Shown: positions 25,755 to 36,106 of the stretch, piece after piece
Layout of the letters: each line of letters opens with the position of its first letter
Position numbering within the stretch: position 1 is the first letter of the stretch
The notes under the pieces: model-generated
Databases searched by the model: none
What the model saw: only the letters and a program-made list of their open reading frames with translations
Told to the model about the DNA's origin: nothing
Source of the DNA: Patescibacteria group bacterium
Lineage (GTDB): Bacteria; Patescibacteriota; Patescibacteriia; Patescibacteriales; UBA12465
NCBI GenBank assembly: GCA_041665845.1
Contig: JBAYIC010000002.1
Location: forward strand, 64,221-128,220
DNA length: 64,000 nt
Direction: 5' to 3'
Position numbers and translations under genes: made by a program

Positions 25755-28273
25755 AATCAGAATCGCAAAAAATAAGAAAAGAAGAATTAGAAAGAGAGCG
25801 TTACTCTAGTTTTGTTGTTGACTTAAGAAAAGCAGTCGCCCCTAAAAAAAATAATTTTGAACCAATACTTAAAAAACCTCGTTTTTCTTTAGCACATCAA
25901 CCTAGGCATTTACCGTTTTTTGTTGGTTTTAAAAATATATTTAAAAAGAAAGAGCGGGGAACTGTAGATAAAATTAAAGACTTTGAAAAATCTATCGTTA
26001 AAACTGTTAAAAAAACAAATTTCAAGTTTATAAAAATACCTTCTTTGCATTTTTCTAAAACCAGAAAGAATTTTTGGAAAAGAGAGATAGATAGGAGGCA
26101 TAAAATTCTTAGTACTCGCTTTAGATTGAATAAAAAAGAAAAATTAGCAGCCGCGGAAGCTAAAGTAATTTGGTATCGCTCAATTTTTTCTTTTACTTTA
26201 GTTTTAATTTTAATTATTATTCCAATTAAACTACTTTCCTATTTTGAGCTTTTAAATATTAGTAGTCTAGAAGCAAAAGTAATGAATAGATCTAAGGGCG
26301 CGATTAATAATCTTTTAGCGGCGGCAAATTCTGTTTCTGATTTAGATTTTCAAGAAGCTGATGCTAGATTTTCTGAAGCAGGAGACGGGTTTTTAAAAGC
26401 ACAAGCTGATTTAAGCGTAATTAGCGATTCACTTCTTTTTTTAGCCTCTTGGTCAAGCGACCCAAAAATAAAATTAGCGGCGGAAAGTAAAAAGTTTTTA
26501 GCGGCGGGAGCGGTGAGCTCATCGCTGGGCAAAAATTTAGTTTTAGCGACCGATAGCCTTTTTAATCAGCAAGATAAAGATTTGGACTTCCTGCTTGCTC
26601 TGGATAATTTTTCTAAGTTCGGTCGTTTAGCGGTTGAAGACGCCAAACAGCTAAATCAAATAGTTAATAGTATTAATTCTAAAAATCTCCCCGTAGAATA
26701 TCAAGAAAAATTTTCTGCTTTGGCTAATCAGTCTAAAATTTTAAGTTCCAATCTCGATAATTTTGTCTCCGCGGCGGTTAAAATGAAAGAAATTTTAGGT
26801 TTGAGCAAAGATAAAAGATACTTATTGATTTTTCAAAATAACTCTGAACTTCGAGCTTCTGGTGGGTTCTTGGGCAGCTATGCTTTAATTGATTTGAGTG
26901 GCGGTAAGATTAAAAATTTAGAAGTTCCGGGCGGAGGTTCTTATGATACAGAAGGCGCTATGACGGTTAAGGTTAAAGCGCCCGAACCGTTGTGGCCGGT
27001 TAACCCTCTTTGGCATTTTTGGGATGCTAATTGGTGGCCTGATTGGAGAATGACGTCGCAAAACTTAATGTGGTTTTATGAAAAAAGTAATGGGCCAACG
27101 GTTGATGGGGTTATTAGTTTAACACCAACAGTCGTGGAAAGACTTTTAGAGATTACCGGTCCGATTGATTTAACGGCTGAATACGGAATAGTTATTGATA
27201 GTCAAAATTTTTGGGAAACAGTCCAAAAAATTGTTGAACATAAAAATTTAGAAAAAACTAATCCTAATGAAACAGCTTTATTTAATGATTCGAAGGAAGT
27301 AATAAAATCTACAATTCCACTAGAACAAGGGTTAATGGAAAATCCAGACAATAAACCAAAAAAAATTATCGGCGATTTGATGGCTAAAATATTAGAAATT
27401 TTACCAACGAAACTTAATCAAGATAATCTGTTAAAGATAATTTCTGTTTTTGAAGATAGTATGGCCGAAAAACAGGTAATGTTTTATTTTAAGGATCAAA
27501 CTTTACAAGCAGAAGTAAGTTCGCGTAATTGGGCGGGTGAAGTAAAGGATACTAATCGCGATTATTTAATGGTGGTAAATACTAATATTGCCGGGCAAAA
27601 ATCAGATAGAAAAATAACTGAAAAAATAGAACACTTATCGAGAGTAAACCCTAATGGTCAAATAATAAATACTGTTAAAATACTGCGTACGCATAATGGG
27701 ATAAAACACGAGGCCCTGACAGGAGTTCGTAATGTTGATTGGCTCAGAGTTTATGTTCCCTCAGGAAGCCGTTTGATTTCCGCAACTGGTTTTACGATGC
27801 CCGATTTTCCTCCAATTGAGAAACCAGATAGCGCCTGGGAAGATAGTAAATTTTTACAAAACGAGAGAGTAGCAGAAACTGATAAAGGAAGCGGTTTAAA
27901 AATATATTCTGAAAGCAATAAAACAGTTTTAGCCGGTTGGGTCGTAGTTGATCCGGGGCAAACAGTTGAGATAACTTTAGAATATGAACTACCATTTAAT
28001 TTCTTCGATAATAATAGTGAGCGCAATGGATTTCTTGATCGCTTAAATAAATTATTAAACCCAGAGGCGAAGGATCTATGGGGCTATTCTTTATTGGTCC
28101 AAAAACAGCCGGGAGCTAAGCCAAGTGATTTTTATGGTCGTTTATTTGTTGCTAAAGAAATTAATGTTTTTTGGAAACATCCGGAGAATTTAAATTGGTC
28201 AAATGGTTGGGAAATATCTAATCAAATAGATTCTGATAAATATTTTTCGGTTTTGTTAAACAAAGTAAATTAA
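25751..28273 (+). CDS. DUF4012-domain membrane protein
   Basis: One TM helix (IFSFTLVLILIIIPIKLL), a helical region, then LLIFQNNSELRASGGFLGSYALIDLSGGKIKNLEVPGGGSYD, the hallmark block of DUF4012. Confidence 0.75.
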   Translation: MKSESQKIRKEELERERYSSFVVDLRKAVAPKKNNFEPILKKPRFSLAHQPRHLPFFVGFKNIFKKKERGTVDKIKDFEKSIVKTVKKTNFKFIKIPSLHFSKTRKNFWKREIDRRHKILSTRFRLNKKEKLAAAEAKVIWYRSIFSFTLVLILIIIPIKLLSYFELLNISSLEAKVMNRSKGAINNLLAAANSVSDLDFQEADARFSEAGDGFLKAQADLSVISDSLLFLASWSSDPKIKLAAESKKFLAAGAVSSSLGKNLVLATDSLFNQQDKDLDFLLALDNFSKFGRLAVEDAKQLNQIVNSINSKNLPVEYQEKFSALANQSKILSSNLDNFVSAAVKMKEILGLSKDKRYLLIFQNNSELRASGGFLGSYALIDLSGGKIKNLEVPGGGSYDTEGAMTVKVKAPEPLWPVNPLWHFWDANWWPDWRMTSQNLMWFYEKSNGPTVDGVISLTPTVVERLLEITGPIDLTAEYGIVIDSQNFWETVQKIVEHKNLEKTNPNETALFNDSKEVIKSTIPLEQGLMENPDNKPKKIIGDLMAKILEILPTKLNQDNLLKIISVFEDSMAEKQVMFYFKDQTLQAEVSSRNWAGEVKDTNRDYLMVVNTNIAGQKSDRKITEKIEHLSRVNPNGQIINTVKILRTHNGIKHEALTGVRNVDWLRVYVPSGSRLISATGFTMPDFPPIEKPDSAWEDSKFLQNERVAETDKGSGLKIYSESNKTVLAGWVVVDPGQTVEITLEYELPFNFFDNNSERNGFLDRLNKLLNPEAKDLWGYSLLVQKQPGAKPSDFYGRLFVAKEINVFWKHPENLNWSNGWEISNQIDSDKYFSVLLNKVN

Positions 28274-28279
28274 ATATAT

Positions 28280-30268
28280 ATGCCAGGAGAAAAAAAATTG
28301 AAAAGAACAATAAAAATAGATAAAAAAAATTCATCCGGGCTTTCGGCTTTTACTCAAAGACCGATGCCGACCGAGAATGAAGTTGCTAATTTTGAAAAAG
28401 TTGTTGAAAGGGAGGCAAGGCATCAAGAAATTGATTCAAATTTAACGGAAATTTATCGCGATAAAAAAGGCGGCTTAGTTGATGTTAAAATCATGAAGGT
28501 TAAAAAAAGACAATTGTTTGTTATAAAAATGTTTAAACGATTATTGGTTATCAGTCTGCTATCTTTAATTGCCGCTTTTTGTTATTTTTATTTTTTTGCC
28601 AGAGGTAATGATATGAATGGTTTAGAATTTTCTATTTCAGCACCGGAAAAAGTAAAGGTAGGGGAAGAGTTTTCTTATAAAATAGAATATTCTAATCCGA
28701 CCAAATTTGGCATGAATCAAATTAGGTTAGAGCTTAAATACCCGGAAAATTTTATTTACTCTAGCTCTTCCTTGTCTCCGCTTAGTGGAAATTATGGTTT
28801 TAGTCTACCCAATATATCGTCCGGAGCCCAGGGCTCTTTCATAGTAACCGGAATGATTATTGCTCCGGTTGAGACCGTGCAAATAATTTCCGGCCGCCTT
28901 AGTTATGTCCCTTTAAATTTTTCCAGTGAATTCAAAAAAGAGAGTTCGGACGCAACGATTGTTAGCGGTATTGGTTTTCAAGTTGGGATAGAATCTTCAA
29001 ATACTGCTTTTGTTAATCAAGATAATGAATTAAATATTTCTTTTTTTGATATTGAAGATAATTTATTTGGAGATTTTAATTTAGAGTTTATTTTGCCAAG
29101 CGGTGCGACTATTAGTACTTCTACCCCGACGACCACAATTACTAGCCCAACCGATAGAGAAACAACAATCTCTTCTTCCGGCAGCGTTAACAATTGGTTA
29201 ATTTCCGGGTTAGTAAAAGGATCGGCTAATAAAAAAATAAATTTCAAGTATCAAATAAAAGATCAACCCGTTGATACAAAAATAATAGTCCGTTTAGAAA
29301 AAATATTAGCTGATGGTAAGAAATATCTATTTTGGGAACAAACGCTGAATCCCGAAATAATTAAGAGTGACTTAAATCTCACCTTATTTTTAAATGGGTC
29401 AAAGAATAATGGGGCGGTTAGCTTTGGCGATACTTTAAGCTATACTTTAAATTACAGCAATAAAGGACAAAATATTTTTAAAGATGCCGTGATTATGGCC
29501 GTTCTTGACGGCGCCTTTCTTGATTGGAATTCTCTTAGAGCGGAGCAAACTGGTGATGTTAGAATCGGAAAAATGATTGTTTGGACAAAAAATGATATTC
29601 CCGCTTTAGCGGCAATAAAACCGGGAGATGAAGGGGAAATAAACTTTACTATTAATCTTAAAAATTATAAAGATAGCGATTTTGGAAAAAGTCTTCAGTT
29701 GTCATCATATTCCCAGTATGGAGTTAATAGCCAAGAATCAGGCGATAATAAAAATAAAAGTAATATTATTGTAACTAAAATAAATAGCGATCTTTCTCTA
29801 TTAGAAGAAATTAGATATTTCAATGATGATAATATACCGGTTGGTTCCGGCCCTTTACCTCCAAAAGTGGGCGAAAAAAGTAGTTTTAAAGTTTATTGGA
29901 AGGTAAAGAATAATTTACATGAACTAAGTGGCGCCCAAGCAACTTTTAATCTTCCTAATCAAGTCGTTTGGGATGACAAATCATCAGTTAGTGTTGGAAG
30001 TCTTTATTATGATGAAGTCAAACGGGCGGTTATTTGGAGTATTGGACGCTTACCAGTTTCCGTTTATCAAGTTGACGCCTCATTTTCTATTTCTGTCACG
30101 CCGACTATTTCCGACCAAAATAAAGTTTTAATTCTTTCTCCGGGCTCAGTGGTTACTGCTTTAGATAATGAAACTCAAGCTGTAATAACTCGCAAGATAG
30201 AATCTAAAACCACTAAATTGGAAGATGATGATATTGCTAATTTAAATAATTCCGGTCGAGTTGAATAA
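28280..30268 (+). CDS. Membrane-anchored surface protein with DUF11/CARDB-like Ig-fold repeats
   Basis: A cytoplasmic N-terminus, a TM helix (LLVISLLSLIAAFCYFYFF), then repeated beta-rich modules (e.g. VSFGDTLSYTLNYSNKGQNIFKDAVIMAVLDG, GDEGEINFTINLK). Confidence 0.55.
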   Translation: MPGEKKLKRTIKIDKKNSSGLSAFTQRPMPTENEVANFEKVVEREARHQEIDSNLTEIYRDKKGGLVDVKIMKVKKRQLFVIKMFKRLLVISLLSLIAAFCYFYFFARGNDMNGLEFSISAPEKVKVGEEFSYKIEYSNPTKFGMNQIRLELKYPENFIYSSSSLSPLSGNYGFSLPNISSGAQGSFIVTGMIIAPVETVQIISGRLSYVPLNFSSEFKKESSDATIVSGIGFQVGIESSNTAFVNQDNELNISFFDIEDNLFGDFNLEFILPSGATISTSTPTTTITSPTDRETTISSSGSVNNWLISGLVKGSANKKINFKYQIKDQPVDTKIIVRLEKILADGKKYLFWEQTLNPEIIKSDLNLTLFLNGSKNNGAVSFGDTLSYTLNYSNKGQNIFKDAVIMAVLDGAFLDWNSLRAEQTGDVRIGKMIVWTKNDIPALAAIKPGDEGEINFTINLKNYKDSDFGKSLQLSSYSQYGVNSQESGDNKNKSNIIVTKINSDLSLLEEIRYFNDDNIPVGSGPLPPKVGEKSSFKVYWKVKNNLHELSGAQATFNLPNQVVWDDKSSVSVGSLYYDEVKRAVIWSIGRLPVSVYQVDASFSISVTPTISDQNKVLILSPGSVVTALDNETQAVITRKIESKTTKLEDDDIANLNNSGRVE

Positions 30269-30273
30269 TATTT

Positions 30274-31371
30274 ATGTTTAAAATTAAAAAAACTAAAAAG
30301 AACGGTTTACGCCAAGGGGAGTTAAAAACTTCCCATGGTTTTTTAAAGACGCCTTTTTATATGCCCGATGCCACTCGCGGTTTTGTTAAATTAACAAGTA
30401 ACGAAGAAATAAAACGCACCGGAACCAAAGCTTTAGTGGTTAATACCTTTCATCTTTATCTTCAGCCTGGTTTAAAAATTATAGCAAGAGCTGGAGGAAT
30501 TCATAAATTTATGAATTGGTCGGGTCCGCTCTTATCTGATTCAGGTGGTTTTCAGATATTTTCTTTAATTCATAAAAATAGTCAGATGGGTAAAATAACT
30601 GATGATAAAGTTATTTTCAAATCACCCCTTGATGGCTCGCGCCATGAACTAACTCCGGAAAAATCTATTCAAATTCAATTTGCACTAGGGGTTGATATGA
30701 TGGTTTGCCTTGATGATTGTCCGCCTAATGAATTTTCTCGATTGGATTTAGAAAAGGCGGTTGAACGCACTCTCGCTTGGGCAAAAAGATGTAAGATTGA
30801 ATATAATAAGCAAATAAAAAAACGCCGTCTTAGCGGCATCAAGCGGCCATTGTTATTCGCTGTTATTCAAGGCGGCGCTGAAATAGATTTAAGAGAACAT
30901 TGCACCAAAGAATTAGTCAAAATAGGCTTTGATGGTTACGGATTCGGTGCTCGGCCAGTTGATAAGCAAGGTAATTTTTTAGCAGAAGTTTTGCATAAAA
31001 CGGCTAGCTTTATTCCTGAAGATTCTCTCCGTTTTGCTCTGGGAATCGGGACGCCAGAGGATATTAAGCGTTGCGCTCTCATGGGTTGGGACATGTTTGA
31101 TTGTGTGATCCCCACACGTGAAGGCCGCCATGGGAAATTATTTTTTGAAAAAAAATTGCTGAAATATGAAACAATCAACATCAATAACTCTAAATTCACT
31201 CGTGATTTTAAGCCGATAAATAAAGATAGCCATTTATTTGAACTTCAAAATCATTCGCGAGCCTATCTTCATCATCTGTTTCGTTTACAAGAACCTCTAG
31301 GCCATAAACTAGCTAGTTTGAACAACTTAGAGTTCTATCAAACATTAATTAAAAACCTTGATAAAATATGA
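30274..31371 (+). CDS. tgt: tRNA-guanine transglycosylase homologue (queuine tRNA-ribosyltransferase family) lacking the Zn-site ligands
   Basis: TPFYMPDATRG, LSDSGGFQIFSL (catalytic Asp), VIQGG, GWDMFDCVIPTREGRHG (catalytic Asp), HSRAYLHHL. The CxCxxC...H positions read S319/L321/L324/N350. Confidence 0.85.
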   Translation: MFKIKKTKKNGLRQGELKTSHGFLKTPFYMPDATRGFVKLTSNEEIKRTGTKALVVNTFHLYLQPGLKIIARAGGIHKFMNWSGPLLSDSGGFQIFSLIHKNSQMGKITDDKVIFKSPLDGSRHELTPEKSIQIQFALGVDMMVCLDDCPPNEFSRLDLEKAVERTLAWAKRCKIEYNKQIKKRRLSGIKRPLLFAVIQGGAEIDLREHCTKELVKIGFDGYGFGARPVDKQGNFLAEVLHKTASFIPEDSLRFALGIGTPEDIKRCALMGWDMFDCVIPTREGRHGKLFFEKKLLKYETININNSKFTRDFKPINKDSHLFELQNHSRAYLHHLFRLQEPLGHKLASLNNLEFYQTLIKNLDKI

Positions 31372-31418
31372 GTTTTACTTTATACTGTCACAGGTAGAAT
31401 CATTAATTTAAATTTACT

Positions 31419-32447
31419 ATGAATACAAAAATAATCGCTACAATTGGGCCTAAAAGCGAGGCGCCCGATAAACTAGAAGCACTTTTAAGAGCGGGGGTTG
31501 ATATTATCCGGGTCAATTTTTCTCATGCTAGTTATGATCAGTATAAAAGAATTAGAAAATTTGTTTTAGAATTTAACCAGACTAACGAAAGCAAGGTGGC
31601 TATTTTGCTTGATCTTCAAGGGCCGAGAATAAGAGTTGGTAAAATGCCAGAAGGGGGAATAACTTTGGATGAAGGTAAAATTTATAATTTTGTTTTTTCG
31701 TCTGAACCATATAAAAAAAATGGAATAATACCAATTGATAATAAAGAACTACATCTTGATATTAAGAAAAATCAGCCTTTATTTCTTTGTAATGGTGAAA
31801 TAGAACTAATGGTTATGGCCGTTAAAAGTAAAGTTATTAGCGCCAAAGTTATTCATGGTGGACTACTCACCTCCAATAAAGGAATTAATGTTCCCGATAC
31901 GAATATGCGTAAAGGCGGACTTACCCCTAAAGATATTAGAGACTTAAAATTTGGTTTAAAAGAGGGGATGGAATATGTTGGCTTATCTTTTGTTCAAACC
32001 GCCGCTGATGTTATGAAGTTGAAAAAACTTCTTGGTAAACATAAAAATATTCGCATAATTTCTAAAATAGAGAGAGCGATTGCTCTTAAAAATATTGATA
32101 AGATTATTATTGCTTCCGATATGATAATGATTGCGCGCGGTGATTTAGGGATTGAAACACCAATTGAAGAATTACCGATGGTCCAGAAAAATCTAATCAG
32201 ACATGCTCATTGGCATAAAACGCCAGCAATTATTGCGACTCAAGTAATGACTTCGATGATTAAGAATCAAAGTCCGACCAGAGCCGAAATCAGCGATATT
32301 GCTAACGCTGTTTTAGATGGTGCCGATATCATTATGTTATCCGATGAAACAGCGGTCGGTAATTATGGTTTAGAGGCGGTTAGAATGCTTAAGCGAGTGA
32401 TTGATAGAACGGAGAGCCATATCAGTAAAGCTTGTATAAATTTTTAA
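31419..32447 (+). CDS. pyk: Pyruvate kinase, A/B domains only (342 aa, no C-terminal regulatory domain)
   Basis: [67 protein letters not shown]. The ORF stops 10 nt before eno. Confidence 0.85.
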   Translation: MNTKIIATIGPKSEAPDKLEALLRAGVDIIRVNFSHASYDQYKRIRKFVLEFNQTNESKVAILLDLQGPRIRVGKMPEGGITLDEGKIYNFVFSSEPYKKNGIIPIDNKELHLDIKKNQPLFLCNGEIELMVMAVKSKVISAKVIHGGLLTSNKGINVPDTNMRKGGLTPKDIRDLKFGLKEGMEYVGLSFVQTAADVMKLKKLLGKHKNIRIISKIERAIALKNIDKIIIASDMIMIARGDLGIETPIEELPMVQKNLIRHAHWHKTPAIIATQVMTSMIKNQSPTRAEISDIANAVLDGADIIMLSDETAVGNYGLEAVRMLKRVIDRTESHISKACINF

Positions 32448-32457
32448 AATTATTGTT

Positions 32458-33747
32458 ATGAATATAAAATCAATTAAGGCAAGAGAAGTTCTTGATTCGC
32501 GCGGAAATCCAACGGTAGCCGCTAAGGTTATTTTAGATAATGGAGCAATCGGAATGGCGATGGTTCCTAGCGGTGCTTCGACTGGGAGTTATGAAGCCGT
32601 CGAATTAAGAGACGGGGATAAGAATTTATACAACGGGCAAGGCGTATTAAAGGCGGTTGCAAATATTGAAGAAAAAATCGCTCCAGCTTTAATTGGTTTA
32701 GACGCTAAGAATCAGAAAAAAATAGACGAGACGATGATCAGTTTAGACGGAACAGATAATAAAGCTAATTTAGGGGCTAACGCTATTTTAGCGGTATCAC
32801 TAGCGGTTGCCCGTGCGGCGGCCAGTGGGCTGGGTGAGCCTTTGTATCAGTATTTAACAAAATTTAATCCAGATTTTTCCGAAAGATATTTTTTACCGAT
32901 GCCGATGATGAATGTTTTAAATGGCGGGAAGCATGCCGATTGGGCGACTGATATCCAGGAGTACATGATTTTACCGGTTGGAGCTAAAAATATGGCCCAG
33001 GCAGTTAGGATGTGTGCAGAGATATATCAGTCTTTAAAAAAAGTTTTGAAAGCAAAAAATTATAGCATTTCCGTCGGTGATGAAGGCGGTTTTGCCCCGG
33101 CAGTTAAAAGCAACGAAGAAGCTTTTGAATTATTAACCGAAGCGGTAAGTTTAGCCGGTTATAAATTAGGAGTAGATATAATTTTTGGAATTGATTCCGC
33201 CGCAACTGAATTTTATAATGATGGAAAATATAATTTACATAAAGAAGGTAAGTCATTAAATAGTTCAGAATTATCAAATTTCTATTCCGATTTAATGAAA
33301 AAATATCCAATTTATTCTTTTGAAGATATTTTTGCTGAGGATGATTGGGATGGTTTTAGAGATTTTCTAACAAGTCATAATGATGTGCAACTTGTTGGTG
33401 ATGATTTATATGTTACTAATGTCAAACGCCTAGAAAAAGGAATTAACGAAAAGTCTTCCAATTCAATTTTAATAAAACTCAATCAAATTGGGACTCTATC
33501 GGAAACAATCGAGACAATATTATTAGCTAGAAAAAATAAGATGACGGCGGTAATTTCTCATCGTAGCGGTGAAACTGAGGATACGTTTATCGCTGATTTA
33601 GCGGTAGCGATGGGAACGGGACAAATAAAAACCGGTGCCCCGGCTCGCTCAGAAAGAACCGCTAAATACAATAGATTGCTGGAAATAAGCGTCGAACTCG
33701 GTAGCCGAGCAGAATTAGCTAATTTTCCGTTTTTCAAGAAGAATTAA
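32458..33747 (+). CDS. eno: Enolase
   Basis: [61 protein letters not shown]. Confidence 0.95.
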   Translation: MNIKSIKAREVLDSRGNPTVAAKVILDNGAIGMAMVPSGASTGSYEAVELRDGDKNLYNGQGVLKAVANIEEKIAPALIGLDAKNQKKIDETMISLDGTDNKANLGANAILAVSLAVARAAASGLGEPLYQYLTKFNPDFSERYFLPMPMMNVLNGGKHADWATDIQEYMILPVGAKNMAQAVRMCAEIYQSLKKVLKAKNYSISVGDEGGFAPAVKSNEEAFELLTEAVSLAGYKLGVDIIFGIDSAATEFYNDGKYNLHKEGKSLNSSELSNFYSDLMKKYPIYSFEDIFAEDDWDGFRDFLTSHNDVQLVGDDLYVTNVKRLEKGINEKSSNSILIKLNQIGTLSETIETILLARKNKMTAVISHRSGETEDTFIADLAVAMGTGQIKTGAPARSERTAKYNRLLEISVELGSRAELANFPFFKKN

Positions 33748-33782
33748 AATTAACAGAACCTTTCAGGGGTCATTTAAAGTTT

Positions 33783-34892
33783 ATGATGCAATTATTATTT
33801 TTTGCCGTTTCCGCTTTGGTCTTATTGCTTGGCCATATTTTAGCTTGGTTTGTTTTTGTTAAATTTTTTGGCTTATTAACTTTTAATGATAAATTGATTG
33901 CGGCAATAACTATCGCCTTTATGTTTGTTTCCGCAATTGCTGCTTCGTACCTTATTCATAAATGGGATAATTTAGCGACCCGTTGGTATTATATGGTTGC
34001 TGGTTTTTGGATTGGAATGCTGCTGAACTTCGGCTTGATGATAGTTTTAGTTATGATTATAAAGTTATTAGGTCTTTGGTTTGGATTTAGTTTAACCCCA
34101 GTATTGATAAAAGTAATTTTGATTTTTGGAACTCTGCTTATTTCTGCTTTCGGATTATACAATGCGTTTATTCCTAGAATAAAAGAGTATGAAGTTAAAA
34201 TAAAAGACTTGTCGGCTGAATGGCAGGGTAAAAAAGTCGTTCAGATTTCCGATATTCATTTAGGAGCAGTATATCGCAAAGATTTTTTTTCTCGCGTTTT
34301 AAATAAAGTAAATAAATTAGAGCCAACGGCGGTTTTTATTACCGGGGATTTGTTTGATGGAATGGAGTCGGATTTTTCTTGGATACATGCTCCATTTGCT
34401 AGTCTTAAAACGACTAAAGGAGTTTATTATTCTTTTGGTAATCATGATTTATATCTCGGCTTTAATCGAGTAAAGGATTTATTAAAAGATGGCCAAGTAA
34501 AAATTTTAGATAATAAATTAGTTCTGATTGACGGGTTACAAATTATTGGTATTAACTATTCTTTTAATCAGGACTTTGATTTATATGAAACTATTTTGGA
34601 GCAGTCTGGGTATAATGAGGCTCAACCAAGTATCTTGCTCTTTCATGAACCTAAAAATACTCAGTTAGCTGCTAAGGCAGGAATTGATTTGCAACTTTCG
34701 GGCCATACGCATGCTGGCCAACTTTTTCCTTTTAATTTTTTAGCCAGGTTAGCTTATAAGGGCTATGGGTACGGTTTATTTGTAAAAGATGGTTTAGCTC
34801 TGATAGTTAATGGGGGATTAGGAACTTGGGGGCCACCAATGCGCACAACATCGCGCAGTGAAATAGTAAGTATTACTCTAAAATCTTTATAA
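33783..34892 (+). CDS. Membrane-anchored metallophosphoesterase (calcineurin-like, YkuE type)
   Basis: Four N-terminal TM helices, then ISDIHLG, TGDLFDG, GNHD, and GHTHAGQ phosphoesterase motifs. Confidence 0.8.
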   Translation: MMQLLFFAVSALVLLLGHILAWFVFVKFFGLLTFNDKLIAAITIAFMFVSAIAASYLIHKWDNLATRWYYMVAGFWIGMLLNFGLMIVLVMIIKLLGLWFGFSLTPVLIKVILIFGTLLISAFGLYNAFIPRIKEYEVKIKDLSAEWQGKKVVQISDIHLGAVYRKDFFSRVLNKVNKLEPTAVFITGDLFDGMESDFSWIHAPFASLKTTKGVYYSFGNHDLYLGFNRVKDLLKDGQVKILDNKLVLIDGLQIIGINYSFNQDFDLYETILEQSGYNEAQPSILLFHEPKNTQLAAKAGIDLQLSGHTHAGQLFPFNFLARLAYKGYGYGLFVKDGLALIVNGGLGTWGPPMRTTSRSEIVSITLKSL

Positions 34893-34931
34893 AAATTTAG
34901 TTTTAATTAAACCAAAGTTAACTTTATCAAG

Positions 34932-36014
34932 ATGAAATTAAAAAATTTATCAAAAATATTAAAAGATCAACCTAAATATCGATATATTCAGGTAAATAAA
35001 GCGATTTTTCAAGATTATATTTCTTCTTGGAGCGAAGCTTCAAGTTTACCAAAATCTTTAAGAGAAGAGCTTATTTTAGAATGTCCTTTGGAAATAAAAG
35101 CGGATGTTTTTGAACAAGGAGGGAGAATGTTAACAAAAAAAGCGCTTATTTATTTAGAAGATGGGGAATCGGTCGAGACAGTTTTAATCAGGCAAAAAGC
35201 TGAGAAAAAAGATGAAGAACGGGAAGATAATGAAAGTAAAACTGATTCTAGGGAGCATCGCAATACCGTTTGTATTTCTAGCCAAATTGGTTGTCCACTT
35301 GATTGTGCTTTTTGTGCGACCGGTCAATCTGGTTTTAAACGTAACTTATCATCTGAAGAAATAGTTGAACAGGTAGTTTTTTGGCAACGTCTTTTAAAAA
35401 TGGAAGGTAAGCAAGAAAAAGTTGATAATATTGTTTTTATGGGAATGGGTGAGCCATTTTTAAATTATAATGAGTTTATCAAAGCGGTTAAGTTTATTAA
35501 TAATCCAGAAACTTTAAATATTGGCGCCCGTCGAATGTCAGTTTCTACGGCCGGAATAACTGAAGGAATAAAAAGATTGGCCGGTGAAAAATTGCAAATT
35601 AATTTAGCCATTTCCTTGCATGCCTCAACCGATAATCTCCGTCGCAAATTAATGCCAGTTGCTAAAAAATATGCACTTGAAGATGTTTTTAGAGCAGTCG
35701 ACGACTACATTAAAAAAACTGGTAGAAGAGTAATGTTTGAATACTTAATGATGAAGGGAATTAACGATAGTCAAGCCGATGCCGAAGAATTATCGATTTT
35801 AATGAGAAGGCCATTATATCTTATCAATCTTATTCCATACAATGAAACCGGGTGCTTTCAAGCTTCAACGCGTGAAACAATTAACAATTTTAAAAACATT
35901 TTAGAAAAAAATGGTGTTTCTGTAACTGTTCGTCTTAGCTTTGGTTCTGATATCTCGGCTGCTTGCGGTCAATTAAAAAGGAATGTAGGTGCGAAAAAAA
36001 AGATGTTTGATTAA
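34932..36014 (+). CDS. rlmN: 23S rRNA/tRNA (adenine-C2)-methyltransferase RlmN (radical SAM)
   Basis: CISSQIGCPLDCAFCATGQ (CxxxCxxC), GMGEPFLNY, and a C-terminal SAACGQL catalytic Cys. It has an acidic low-complexity insert (KAEKKDEEREDNESKTD). Confidence 0.88.
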   Translation: MKLKNLSKILKDQPKYRYIQVNKAIFQDYISSWSEASSLPKSLREELILECPLEIKADVFEQGGRMLTKKALIYLEDGESVETVLIRQKAEKKDEEREDNESKTDSREHRNTVCISSQIGCPLDCAFCATGQSGFKRNLSSEEIVEQVVFWQRLLKMEGKQEKVDNIVFMGMGEPFLNYNEFIKAVKFINNPETLNIGARRMSVSTAGITEGIKRLAGEKLQINLAISLHASTDNLRRKLMPVAKKYALEDVFRAVDDYIKKTGRRVMFEYLMMKGINDSQADAEELSILMRRPLYLINLIPYNETGCFQASTRETINNFKNILEKNGVSVTVRLSFGSDISAACGQLKRNVGAKKKMFD

Positions 36015-36040
36015 AAATATTATTGGTATTTTGCCAATGA

Positions 36041-36068
36041 AAAACCCGGCCTTTTGGTCGGGTTTTTG
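36041..36068. terminator. Bidirectional intrinsic terminator between rlmN (+) and the 36107 ORF (-)
   Basis: AAAACCCGGCC-TTTT-GGTCGGGTTTT, with one G-U pair. Confidence 0.75.
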
Positions 36069-36106
36069 CTAATTTTTTATTATTGAGCTCTTAAGATTAT
36101 AGAGGC

